Shown here: positions 36,733 to 48,485 of the stretch, in pieces
Layout of the letters: every line of letters starts with the position of its first letter
How positions within the stretch are numbered: the first letter of the stretch is position 1
From: Phoronis australis
Taxonomy: Eukaryota; Animalia; Phoronida
NCBI GenBank assembly: GCA_002633005.1
Contig: NMRA01000562.1
Coordinates: 187,161 to 251,160 of the forward strand
Reading direction: 5' to 3'
Length of the DNA: 64,000 bases
The notes under the pieces: model-generated
What the model was told of the DNA's origin: nothing
Seen by the model: only the letters and a program-made list of their open reading frames with translations
The model's database searches: none
Program-made: the position numbers and the translations under genes

Positions 36733-38702
36733 AGGAGAATTCCACCCGATTTAATTAGTCTTTTTTACCGTCTTGATCGGTCTATATCCACATAACCTCG
36801 TATACGCTCGATGTTACCTCGCCGGGAGGTGTTGCGTTCACGTGTGAGAAGGGTGAAAAACGACGCAGCAACGTCGGTGGTTCTTTTGCAGAGTGTTGCC
36901 GCTATCGTTCTCGCTTGTGCGAACTATGAAGCTGCGCGGAAAGCGGGTATATAGTTTTTTTTTCATTTCCTCGAGAGCCCATAATGCTTCAGAAGTGGCT
37001 CAAGGTAGTGAAGAATGAAAAGTACTCCCTTAATACCAAGTACATGTACGAGGCCGTGAAACTTCTCCGTGTCTGTCAGTGCCCAGCATTTCGTCGGATC
37101 AGTTTTTGATTATGGAGAATTGTAGTTGGCCACGAAAACATAAACAATTACAATCAATTCATGGCGTGAGAACTTAACTTTTTACGTAACCTGTTTGATG
37201 ACTGACTCGTTCGTCAGGCTTCTGTTTGGTCCTCTCGGTGTAGTATGTTTTCGCCAGTTCTTTTTCTCAGCCCTAAAAAACGTCGTAAGCACACCTTTGT
37301 TTAGATGTGGTGCAAAATCAGGATGGTCCGTGAGACATATCTGCACTTCTCCAAGAGAGCGTTTTACTTGCAGAATTTCGTGACAGCAAACGCAAGCGTC
37401 AGTCGTTTCGATTATCGTACGTGCACTTGGTTCCTCAGTCATTCAAACGGTTTTCGGAACTGTCCATATGTTTCGTTGTCTGTGCACGTTCACGGAGCCT
37501 CTCAATTATTTCTTGTGATCAGAGTATTCCTGTTCGAAATGATAGCCTGTGAAACCTATCGATCGATCGGTGAAGTCTTTGTCGGATGAGTCTGGACTGC
37601 GAGTTGCCACGTTAACGTTTATTGTTGTGCGTTCTGTTTCAAAATGAATTATTCTCACATTAACCAATGCTTATATAAAACTGAAACAAAGTCTGTCTCA
37701 TTAGATACAATGTGTAATGCCTTGCAGTGTTCGTGAGTGCAAATGTTTTGAAAAGTCAGTAATGAATAAATCACCGCGTCACCGCTGTAGATGCAATAAA
37801 CTAATTGAACGGGCACCGAGGCCGTGTCAGCTCATGCTAATTCAGTGTTCGCTGACAGAAAGCTGTTGTGAAATAATAACTCGATTTTATATCCTACAGT
37901 CATATGTTAGGGGAATCTCTATTTAGATATTCATATACATTATTCGAATCATTGTTACTGCATGTATAATTTGTCCTGACGGTTCCTTTGGAAGGGTAAC
38001 ATGACTTCGCGGCCCCGACGAGCTAGTAAGTAGATTTGCAGTTTCGCGACTAATTCCCCAAAATAATCACGTGCACATTTTTCTTTGGCTCACTAGTGTA
38101 GTCTTTTCGTGACTGGAAGTTTAGTTTCCAACTTTGGCTGGTTTATGTTCGTGATGTCTTCAGTCTGGCAGCGCGATGGGCCTGATCGGGTTATTCCGAG
38201 CCACTGGGCCTGATAACAAGCGTTTTGTGTGTTTAGAGCTGAAAAAATCTAAAATTACAACACACAGCTATGTTCTCCTGTATGTATTTCACGGTCAAAT
38301 AATTTGAATTTATCACCCAACAGACCCCAAACTATCGCGACCGACCATGATAAATTGGCCTATCGAACTTTGTAGGCTGCGGTACGTTCAAATACATAAA
38401 ACTCCGTAACAGCGAAATAAAATAACACGTTTGTTCAAAACTCGATGTATTTGGAAGGGTTTTACGTCGAATTTTGATGATTTATTTGTGTGAAACGATG
38501 AATTTAATCGATTAGCCGACACCAGTAAGCGTGTTGTGAACTGCTGATCAGACTGCATTCGCACCTCTGGCGTCATTGGTTAATTTCAACACCTCCGTCT
38601 GCTGTCAGGTGTCGGGTAAAAAAGCTGTACTTGCTGTTATCGAGTGGAGCTACTCAATCTAAATTGATACAAACTATGTTGCTTTTTGGGTGGCATTCTC
38701 CT
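36733..38702 (+). mobile_element. Non-autonomous Kolobok (family 1), copy A
   Basis: TTAA|AGGAGAATTCCACCC ... GGGTGGCATTCTCCT|TTAA. THAP remnant on + (about 36895-37100) and KolX remnant on -. Confidence 0.9.
37205..37610 (-). pseudogene. KolX-like (P2X7 intracellular-domain-like) first-exon remnant
   Basis: GYHFEQEY near the N-terminus, then DACVCCHEILQVKR...ICLTDHPDF..HLNKGVL, the CCxE / CxTxHxxF pattern of KolX and the P2X7 ballast. Ends at a candidate donor ACGA|GTCAGT. Confidence 0.7.
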
Positions 38703-39976
38703 TTAAGTTTATTGCAATATTAAATACCTGTGTTGGTGAATCGTTCGTGTTCATTCATAGTTAACTTTAAAATCGACATCTCGCCTGTTTATGGTGAAAA
38801 AACGATTTCCCAATTCCACTCAACCGCGTGTTTACCACTTATCCAAGGTCAAAGGTAACTGAGCTGTCTCTCAAATAGAATCTGCTGCCAGTCATAGAGC
38901 AATCCCGTATGGAACCACAATCCTACCATTGAGCGAGTCGCCATGATATTGAGTCAACAAGGTGCACACTACATTGAAAGATGCCGCAGAAAACAAGACT
39001 AAACGTAGTTTTGATCCTGCGACTGCGTGCATGCGACCGTTGAGAAGGATTGCACAGAGTCCGAGTCGCCTCAGTTACGGCGACGATCTGTGACTTTTTG
39101 TTCACGAACACAGCAAGTGGTGAAAAAGACTAATCATCACCAAAAAGGAATCAATTTCATACGTAAATTAATATTTTACTGTTTTATCTCGTGCTCACGG
39201 CGCGCTTAACCACCGACTAGATTTCTGTTATCCATTTCGTAGTTGGGTTATTGATATTAGTCTCCCCTGGCGGCGCACGGCGTTCATCACAATGAACTGG
39301 TGACCTACGTGCTATTCAAATCGCCTTTGTCCTAGTTTTGCTCGAGGCATAACTCGACTTACAAAATTTAAACGTTTTAGCCATAGCTAAGTTAAATACG
39401 CACGGCAAATATAGCGGATACTGCAAGTGAATGTTAAAAAAACGAAAGTGGTTAAGGCAAGTATAGGTTATATTGACCAAAAACAAGTTTTCACCGAATA
39501 ATTAAGCGAAAACCGTCACGAGGTTTTCCGCTTTTTCTCGTCCTTGGTAAACTGATTTAATCTGAACGTAGGAACACGAGTTCTCGAAAACAGCGGTGTG
39601 GATTTCGCTAGAACTTTCCAATTTTAATATTCATTTGTCAAACTCAAAAACGCTCCTTAGGATTTTTTAAAATCCTAGTTTTTTAAACTATGCCTTAGAA
39701 GAACGCTGTTTTTTCAAAAAAGTATTTTATGTTTTGCGATTTGATTTGGCGTAAGCAATAATTCCAAACATCGTTTTAGAGAAATATCAACAAGTTTCCA
39801 TTTAAAGAAGGTTTCATTAAAACCGACTGAATGATATTTATGCTATGAACGTGCATTTGACAAAAATGACATAAATGGGAGGTCACGTTATAATAACCAA
39901 GTCACGTAAATAAATACATATATATACATAGATTATTACATGGCGAAGTCGTTATCCCCCGTTATCTGAAGCCCGA

Positions 39977-40042
39977 GTGGATTTTGGAGAATTATCGCCC
40001 GAGGGGCGTCAGCCCCGAGGGTGATAATCCTATAAAATCCAC
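39977..40042. other. Long GC-cored hairpin in the nested insert (Crypton-like non-autonomous element?)
   Basis: GTGGATTTT..ATTATCGCCC-GA-GGGGC-GTCA-GCCCC-GA-GGGTGATAAT..AAAATCCAC. Confidence 0.7.
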
Positions 40043-40590
40043 ATACTGATCGAGAAACATTGCAATGAATCGATCTACCTACCTTTCTCGACTCGCCTGG
40101 GCCTTGTAACTACTTTCTACGTCAGAGGCCCGGGGTCGGAGGTCGTGACCTTTTATGAAAAGCCGAGATATTTTTGTCAAATAACACTTTTACTCAAAAC
40201 CATTTGAAGAATTAAACCAATTAAAAATAAAGAGAATCTATAAATTAAGGTTTAGTAACTATTATAGCTTACTACACATTTTATCACGCTAAGCTTAAAC
40301 CGGGAAAATATCGTCTGCTAAAGTAGGTTACCACTAGTAACTGAGTATAATGCTCGAGTCAAACGATCCCGACGACACGATACCCGCATTCAAATTGGAG
40401 ATTGGTGATTTACAAGTGAGAGAATACGAGAGAAAATCTTCACTGAATTAAAATATTGTTTTTATGGTAATTATGCGTCTTATTTTTCGTAGCATATAAA
40501 TGTCTTAGAGGTACAATGCCCTTTGATGAACATGCGGTTGTTGCGCTTGCTCATTTAAGTTTTCTATTTCCACGATCGATGACGTCAGCC

Positions 40591-40659
40591 GCTGAGTTTT
40601 ATAGTGGTAAAGTCGGCGACTCGAAACTCTTGAGGCCCGGGTTCGAAACAGGCCTCGGT
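40591..40659 (+). other. tRNA-like / Pol III type-2 promoter segment (not a canonical tRNA)
   Basis: A-box-like TTTATAGTGGTAAA, B-box GGTTCGAAAC and an outer GCTGAG/CTCGGT stem. The anticodon arm does not pair. Confidence 0.45.
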
Positions 40660-42239
40660 TTCCCGCCACAATGTTATCTCACTAGTGAGATAACTAAATG
40701 GGTTATTACACGGTTATATTTGCCATTCGACGCTAATATTGTGGTATAAGGTGTATTTTCATGATGCCTGATCTTCCTTCTTTCAGAAAATATGTACTTT
40801 CACTGGTTGACACAGTCTGGTTTTTTGGTAGTTGGTTTTGAGTGAACGTTAGTCAATAAGGTCCTAAATGTACATAAATCTTAACCTTGCAATATGGCGT
40901 ATAACGGTATGTCAATAGAATACATTAAAATAGTTGCAAATTACGGGACACCTTCAGTTAACAATTACTCGTAGTAACGTATCGGTTTCTCATTTTACCT
41001 GAATGTGCTGATAAATTACTTCGGTCGTACACAGCGAGGTGATTCCTTTGATTAGAATCTCAATACATACATCGTAATAGCCAATTAATCAATTACTTTG
41101 TCACTGAAGACGCCGTAATAACATTACTACGCCAGCCCATTGACAGTGGCCGACAGTACAGGATATTAAGAGCTACTGGTCCCATTATGTTGAAAAAACC
41201 GCATACAAATTTCCTTCTGTCAACCTCTGGTCAACAAAACACGCAATACGTCTTCAGTCTAATAATTCTACCAAACCCGGGAGCCAACGACAATAATAAA
41301 TCAGAAAGACATAACGCATTTTGTTGTTTTATAGCTCTGGTCAAGCTTTTAACTTCAAGAAATCTATCCTGGCCCATAATAATTCCAAAATGCGTTTCAT
41401 TTTAACTGTCTTTAAATTACTTAATAGCAACAACTCTAAAAAACGCGTTTCACTTTGATTGGTAAACTGCATTTCTTTTCATAAAAACTGAGATGCTCAT
41501 ATTTTGAACAACTGCTCGTGAGAAAAGAATGATCACTAAAAGTTGCTCGTGGGAGAAACTATGTACTTGACGGTAAAACAACGATGCGTCGGTTACATGC
41601 ACATCTACAGCTCGTGAGAAAAGAACTACTGAAGCTGAGAAAAGGTCACTGATATATGTGACGAGACTGACCGTACTGGGCCATGAAAGCGAGGAGGATT
41701 ATTTACTCTAAAAGGGATGTCAATTTCACGATTCCTGTTCTAAGAACGCATAATGAATCCTAACACTTGCCTTACTGAGTCCTCGCAATTCCAGCGGCTA
41801 AACATCAGAATGAGTCAGACATGGAACGACACAAATTCTTACCTATGTTTATGACAGATCTAACCACCACACGCGCGAGTGCTGTTAATGTCATGCGTAT
41901 CATTAATTACAGCGTGACAGATCAATTATTTCTTTATATACACTATTTTCTTTGCGCTATTGAAAACGTGTTATAATCAATTTAATGTACAATACACGCA
42001 TAATACCAGAGCACTGGTGCGTCCCGCGCGTCTACACGACAATCACTACACTGGTTAGGGATGCCATCTCCAACTACTCAATGCCGCGCAGTGGTAAGAA
42101 AAACCGGTACAGTGCGTAGGGCTCGTTCAAGTACAATCGTCACCATGATTTCAATTTCCGGTTTGAGCAATATTCCATAGTAAATGATATACCGTTTGGT
42201 AACATGGGTGTATATTCTTTAAACAGAGAACAGGCCAAA

Positions 42240-42800
42240 CAGAAGCAAAGATCAGCCAACAAGGGCAATAAAATGAAATCATTCCTAGAAAACAGTCGCA
42301 CAGACATCTTGGTATAATAAACTCTCATTCACACCTCACGTTCGGGAGCTCGTACAAAAACTCAGAAACCCACTTAAGCTTGTCTCTCTTTACACATTTA
42401 GAAGTTCTGTTCAAATACTTTATACTTCCACACATCGATTATTGTGATATTATATATCAGTCTGCCAACACTGGTGCACTCCAGCATTTGGAGAAATTAC
42501 AGTATCAAGCCGCCTTACTCATAGCTGGAGCTTACAGGGGATCCAATAGTGTTAAGGTTTTGAATAGTCTCAAGTGGCCCAAACTGTCTACTCGACGCAA
42601 TCTTCACATGACCACATTTACTTTCAAGGTAATAAACAATGTCAGCAACGCATCTGTCAAAAAATATTTAATTTATATGATTTTTTTTATTTGAACAGAG
42701 GCCCAACTAAAACAAACTTAGGTGTGGACTTCTTCCGAATTTTCAAAAGTTCCACCACTATTTTTGAAACACGATTCCGCACTTTCAAGTACTTGGGATC
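42240..42800 (+). pseudogene. CR1/L2/Crack-clade LINE ORF2 C-terminal fragment
   Basis: HRHLGII.. then FKYFILPHIDYCDIIY..LEKLQYQAALLIAGA..LKWPKLSTRR..FKVINN. Confidence 0.85.
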
Positions 42801-43215
42801 ATGTCCCATATAACAGCAAGATTATGTGCAAATCTGTTTCGTACATTGTAGATATTGTATTTTCGTCCTTTCAATACACTCATTCTCATTACAACTTGTT
42901 GCTATTAGACATACATGTATAGGGTGGTATTTCATTCTGCGTAAATTGTTTGAATACCGAATGTATACAATTGTACTTGTATGGTCTCGAATTCGAATGA
43001 AGAGGGGAGATCTCAATGACGCTGGGACCTCACTAAGACCTGATTAGAAAATCAGGAGATTACGCGAGATATAGCCATGTGTTTTAAATGAGAGCACGGG
43101 ATTTTAAAACATTTAGATAAAAACGGCATTCGCCACCGTGTTTTGCTTCAGGTTGCGTGTATTTTTTTCGCAGAAAATGTTTCAACAGTTTTGTTTTTAT
43201 GTTAGATGCTCTTAA

Positions 43216-44409
43216 AGGAGAATGCCAGCCAAAGAAACAACCTATTTTGTGTCAATTTAGATCGAGTAGTTCCACTCGATAACAGCAAGTTCATTTGTTT
43301 TACCTTACACTTGACGGCAGAAGGAGGTGTTGAAATTAACCAATGACGTAATAGGTTCGAACGCAGTCTGTTCAGCCGTTCACAACACGTTTACTGGTGT
43401 CAACTTATCGCTTGAATACATCGTTTTACACCAATGAATCATCAAAGTTCTATGTAAAACCCTTACAAATATATCGAGTTCTTGAACAAACCTGTTAATT
43501 GTTTTAATTCACTGTTACGGATTTATAGTTATTTGAACGTACCGTAGCCTACAGAGTTCGGTAGAAAAACCGAGTTATTGTTTCACAACAGCTTTCTGTC
43601 AGCGAACACTGAATTAGCATGCCCTCACACGGCATCGGTGCCCGGTCAATTACCTTTATTGCATCTAAAGCCGGTAACTCAGTGGATTATTCATTGCTGG
43701 CTTCTCAAAACATTCGCACTCACCAATACTCCAAAGGCATTACAAATAATGTCTAATGAGACGGACTTTGTTTCACTTTTATATAAGCATTGGTTAGGGT
43801 GAGAATAATTCATTTTGAAACAGAGCGCAGAATAATAAACGACAACATGGCAACTCTCAATCCCGACTTAGACGAGAGCTCATCTGACGAAGACTTCATA
43901 GGTGGATCGTTAGGTTTCACAGGCTATAAGTTCGAACCAGAGTACACTGATTAAGAAATACTAGAGAGGCGCCGTGAACATGCACAGGCAACGGAACCTA
44001 TGGATAATTCTTTGGTAAGCCGGCATTCGTCAGAGAAATCACTCTCGACGAAATGCTGGCCACAGACAAGGAGATGTTTCACGTACTCAAACTTGCTATT
44101 AACAGCACCTTTTCATTCTTCAATACTGCGAGCCACTTCCTAAGCAATTCGGGCTCTCGAGGAAGTCGAAAAAACGATATACCCGGTTTCCTCGCAGCTT
44201 CGTAGTTCGCACAAGCGGGAACGATGCACCGCAACATAGCGAAATTCACTCTGCAGATGAGCCACTGACGTCGCTGCGTCGTTTTTCACCTTCCTCTCAG
44301 GTTAACGCGACACCTCTCGGCAAGGTAAGGACGACCGTAAGCGAGGCGATGTGGATACAGATTGATTAAGACGGTAAAAAAGACTAATTAAATCGCGTGG
44401 CATTCTCTT
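43216..44409 (-). mobile_element. Non-autonomous Kolobok (family 1), copy B, inverted
   Basis: TTAA|AGGAGAATGCCAGCC ... GTGGCATTCTCTT|TTAA. Minus-strand THAP from ATG 44237 reads MLRCIVPACANYEAARKPGISFFRLPREPELLRKW..VCGQHF. Plus-strand KolX start at 43847 reads MATLNPDLDESSS..GYKFEPEY. Confidence 0.9.
43780..43849 (+). promoter_or_regulatory. Core promoter of the KolX-like gene
   Basis: TATATAAG at 43780, TCATTTT Inr-like at 43810 and ATG at 43847. The TATA and Inr motifs are conserved in copies A and C. Confidence 0.55.
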
Positions 44410-46229
44410 TTAAGTAAAACATTACCCAAAAGGTCAATCTTGTAAAGGATAACATATTTTGAAATAGGTATATACTTATTTCATTTCTGTAAACATCCAG
44501 TTGCTTCAAATGTCAATTTTTGAGAGCATCGACTGTAATTAGACTGCTCGATACTATACAAACTAATTATAGTATTTACATGCCATGTTAAATATATTTC
44601 ACAATCCGAAATTCCGAAAGCTGGTTATAATAGCACGCGCAATATTAGCTTTGGTACAAAGCTGTATGTATTTTGACGATAGTGTTCATACATGTACAGC
44701 TAGCTGGCTGGCTAGCGCAATATGTATGATTGTCTGGGCCAGATTAAACTTTCGAGACACATCGTTTAAACCGATTTCATTATTCGTACATTCTAGGTAT
44801 GGTGCAGACCACGGCTAACAATTTCTCATAAAAAGGACTTGCTATAGATGCCCTTTAAGTGTTTAAAATGACTAATGATAAGTGAACAGATCAGAGTCGA
44901 GTGTTTTTCACGAAAATGAAATTTTAACGTAAAACACTCACAAGACCGACGTTATTTTGAGGTGTCAAAATTATTATATGTATGTGGAGAGAAAATATTC
45001 TGATTGGATTGATTAATTTTGTGCATTTTCAACGAGTTCGAAACATTGGAATTTGAAGGTAATAACATATGCCAAGTATAAGTAATAATTATTAGTTTTC
45101 ATAGACGCCATATTCAGTTACATCACGTGACATAGATTTATAGGTCACGTGATGTGACTAACGTCGTGTATGAGGACTAATGATTTGTACTACATACGAT
45201 ATTAACTCAACGATTTAGAACAACATAAATGTATGGATCTATGTCAAGATTTTTCTGTGCAATTTCGTCGGCAATTTTGAGTGATACATCAGAGACCGAA
45301 TTGGTATGAAGATATAGTGTTGCTAAACTAAGAAAATTTTACATCAGGACAAATTGCAGTCACCATCCATGTGGAGGACATTCAAGAAGCTATACATTGT
45401 TTAGCCTATTAAAATAGTATTGGAAAATCCCGGGATGTATAAAGTTACATCAGTATCGTAGCCTAACATTCAAACATTCGGACATCAAGCATTCCCAAAA
45501 CCGGAAGTTGGCGTCACAATGATTCGTCGCAAAACCATGTAGTGCCCGCCACCGTAACTAAATAGTAAACTCTTCGTTTGTATTGCTTGTAACACTTGTA
45601 TTGCATGTGAAAGTGTTGTGGATATTTTTAGGGACTACTCAACGATGTTTTTGACGTTTTTGTTGGAATCAATTTGGGTCATTAGTAATCGGCGCATTTA
45701 CATCTTGGAGCCAACGTGGAGAAATCGAAATGTAGGCGTGTCCATTCGTCGTCCAAGAGCGGAATAATTGTTCTCCGCCGACACATAATTAAATTAAGCC
45801 TGTTAAAATTCATATTCGACTAAATAAACCCCAGATTTTTTTCCATTTTCACGAGAAATGGACAACAAAACCTCAGCCTTTTCAATCACATACCCATAGC
45901 TGCTCGAGCCCCTTATGGTATATTATAATTCAGGACAACGCAGCACGAAATTGAAGAATGAAGGGCCAGCTATAGCCTGAGGGAATACCAAGAGCTTATA
46001 TTTGCAAATCTAGCTACAGTACGACAGCCGCACGTTTGCCGCTGAACAATGGGCCATCGTCATGCACGCCAACTACATGTACACGTAGGGCTCCACTAAA
46101 GGAAAAATACAGTGCGACAACAGTGTACATATACTAGTACACTGACGGATTTGGGTATAACATGTTTCAAGGGTATGAAGCGCCAAAAGCTTATCAAGTG
46201 ATTACTTTTCTGCGTGTTTTAAGGACCTT

Positions 46230-46610
46230 CTTCAACGCGCATGTTTGCTAAATCAACGCATAGTAAGTTATTCCACGCTCTGAGATGGTTCCTATATGAA
46301 TACTTTTGTGTTCTCATTCAACACGCATAATTGGTTATTCAACGCGTACTACTGCTCATTCAACGCGTACTGTTAATCAGACTTTATTCATGCGTGCAAG
46401 GACAGTATCAAAGATCATGCTCCACCAAGGCCATGTTTATTCTGTGGTGACTCCTCGCGGTGGTATGCACCGACAGTAAATTTGTCTTTAACTGGCCATA
46501 ACGAATGACAAATTCTGCTCGTTGAATACTCAATTTAAATGGTTGAATAAGCAACAGCGCGAGTTGAATGAGAGCAGAAAGAACCATTTCAATGCGTTGA
46601 ATACATGTAT
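46230..46610. repeat. Inverted arrays of a ~21-bp unit (foldback-type remnant)
   Basis: TTCAACGC at 46231, 46338 and 46359, and inverted GTTGAAT at 46521, 46542 and 46563. Confidence 0.55.
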
Positions 46611-46995
46611 ATGTTGGTTAAGCAATGCTACGCGCTCATCAAGAAGAGTCCAAAGCGCAGAATGGTACGTAGTGGTTTGAAAACACTTTGTTTCAGTCGT
46701 GTTGGCGGGACTCCAACTGACCTGCACTACGTAATCAGAGTTAATTTGAAGAAATTCGTTTCCACCTCGACAGAAATAATTATACAATTACAGACCTGAT
46801 TGTCATATACATCACACTGAGTCCACTGCGACATAGGAAATTTTCGAAGTGGGGAACAGGTGTGTTCTCCGTATGATCTACATTGATTGAATTGATTTCT
46901 GCCGCCTTTAATTGCAATGAAAACGCTTATTTCGCAAAATTAGTCGATGCTAATGAACACTATATAACTTATGACCATCAAATGAGTGCTACATT

Positions 46996-47155
46996 CAGGG
47001 GCGGATCCATGATTTTGAGTTAAGGAGGGCCAGGGCAGAGTATTACCCAAGATTTTGCCTGTCAGGCATTCGCACTCCCGAACTGCCAAATGGAATCTGG
47101 GAGAATTTTAGGGAGGGAGCAATGACCCCCTTGGCCCCCTCTTAATCCGCCACTG
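46996..47155. mobile_element. MITE family C
   Basis: CAGGGGCGGATCC ... AATCCGCCACTG with a perfect TSD ACATT. Confidence 0.85.
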
Positions 47156-47158
47156 ACA

Positions 47159-48485
47159 TTTATACCAAGCTAGAAAGGACGACGTGTAATCAGAAGGCAT
47201 ATGAACCACTTATAACGAGTGTTCACGAACATTTCACCCTTACTATTTGGCTTACACCCAGATGCTCGGCTTTTTATCCCGAAGTCTCGCTTTTTATCCC
47301 GAAGTCTCGCTTTTTATCCCGAAGTCTCGCTTTTTATCCCGAAGTCTCGCTTTTCTATCCAGTTGTTGTTTCGTTTTTTCGTTCTTTTTTTCGTTCTTGG
47401 TTGTTGACCGTGACATCTATGCAATTGCAGATCTTCAAAATAACACTGTTTCTTTTTATGAATGTTACTTTGCAGAGTTCACTTTCTTTAGTAACATAAC
47501 AATCGTAAAAATGTGTTTCAATGTCTCTTGTTTACGGTCACGTACACTACATGTATCACGATCACTAACTTTTAGTTAATGAAGAAAAGAGTTTATTTCT
47601 AAGCTTTTATGGAAAATCCTACACTGCAACCAATGTGATGAGCTATTCACAGTACGTTTCAAAGCTACGTGATAGATGTTTGCCTATTTTTTATCTATCG
47701 GANTTTATACCAAGCTAGAAAGGACGACGTGTAATCAGAAGGCATATGAACCACTTATAACGAGTGTTCACGAAGGCGTACATTTCACACACGCGCGCGA
47801 GTGATGTGGCAATCAGGTGGCGTGCAGACCAGACTTAAAATGTTTGTAATTATACTATTGCAACTTCCCACGCAACATAACCATATTTTCCCGTTCAACA
47901 AAAAGAAATTAAGGGACGTTTCTTGGGTTTTTGCTGCACCCGCAATTTCCCGTTCAACCATAAAAAACAACAAAAAACGCTGTCGGGCGTTTTTGGGTGT
48001 TACATCCACCGTTCGACAAAAATGTTGTCGGTACGTCTTTGTGTGTTGCAGTGAACATTTCACCCTTACTATTTGGCTTACACCCAGATGCTCCGCTTTT
48101 TATCCCGAAGTCTCGCTTTTTATCCCGAAGTCTCGCTTTTCTATCCAGTTGTTTCGTTTTTTCGTTCTTTTTTTCGTTCTTGGTTGTTGACCGTGACATC
48201 TATGCAATTACAAATCTTCAAAATAACATTGTTTCTTTTTATGAATGTTACTTTGCAGAGTTCACTTTCTTTAGTAACATAACAATCGTAAAAATGTGTT
48301 TCAATGTCTCTTGTTTACGGTCACGTACACTACATGTATCACGATCACTAACTTTTAGTTAATGAAGAAAAGAGTTTATTTCTAAGCTTTTATGGAAAAT
48401 CCTACACTGCAACCAATGTGATGAGCTATTCACAGTACGTTTCAAAGCTACGTGATAGATGTTTGCCTATTTTTTATCTATCGGA
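47159..48485. repeat. Near-tandem duplication across an N join, with a 20-bp VNTR
   Basis: 47159-47702 vs 47704-48485. (GCTTTTTATCCCGAAGTCTC) occurs x4 vs x2, and copy 2 has an extra 281 bp (47775-48055). Confidence 0.9.

Larger units (their letters stand above)
39452..40885. mobile_element. Interspersed DNA-element copy (same family as 52703-53325) with a ~0.9-kb nested insert
   Basis: Shares gtataggttatattgaccaaaaacaagttttcac and ttctttcagaaaatat..tttcact.gttgaca with the 52.7-53.3 kb copy. Confidence 0.65.

Noticed and set aside
40591-40668. Functional tRNA gene
   Set aside because: The anticodon stem and T stem do not pair properly. Kept only as tRNA-like.
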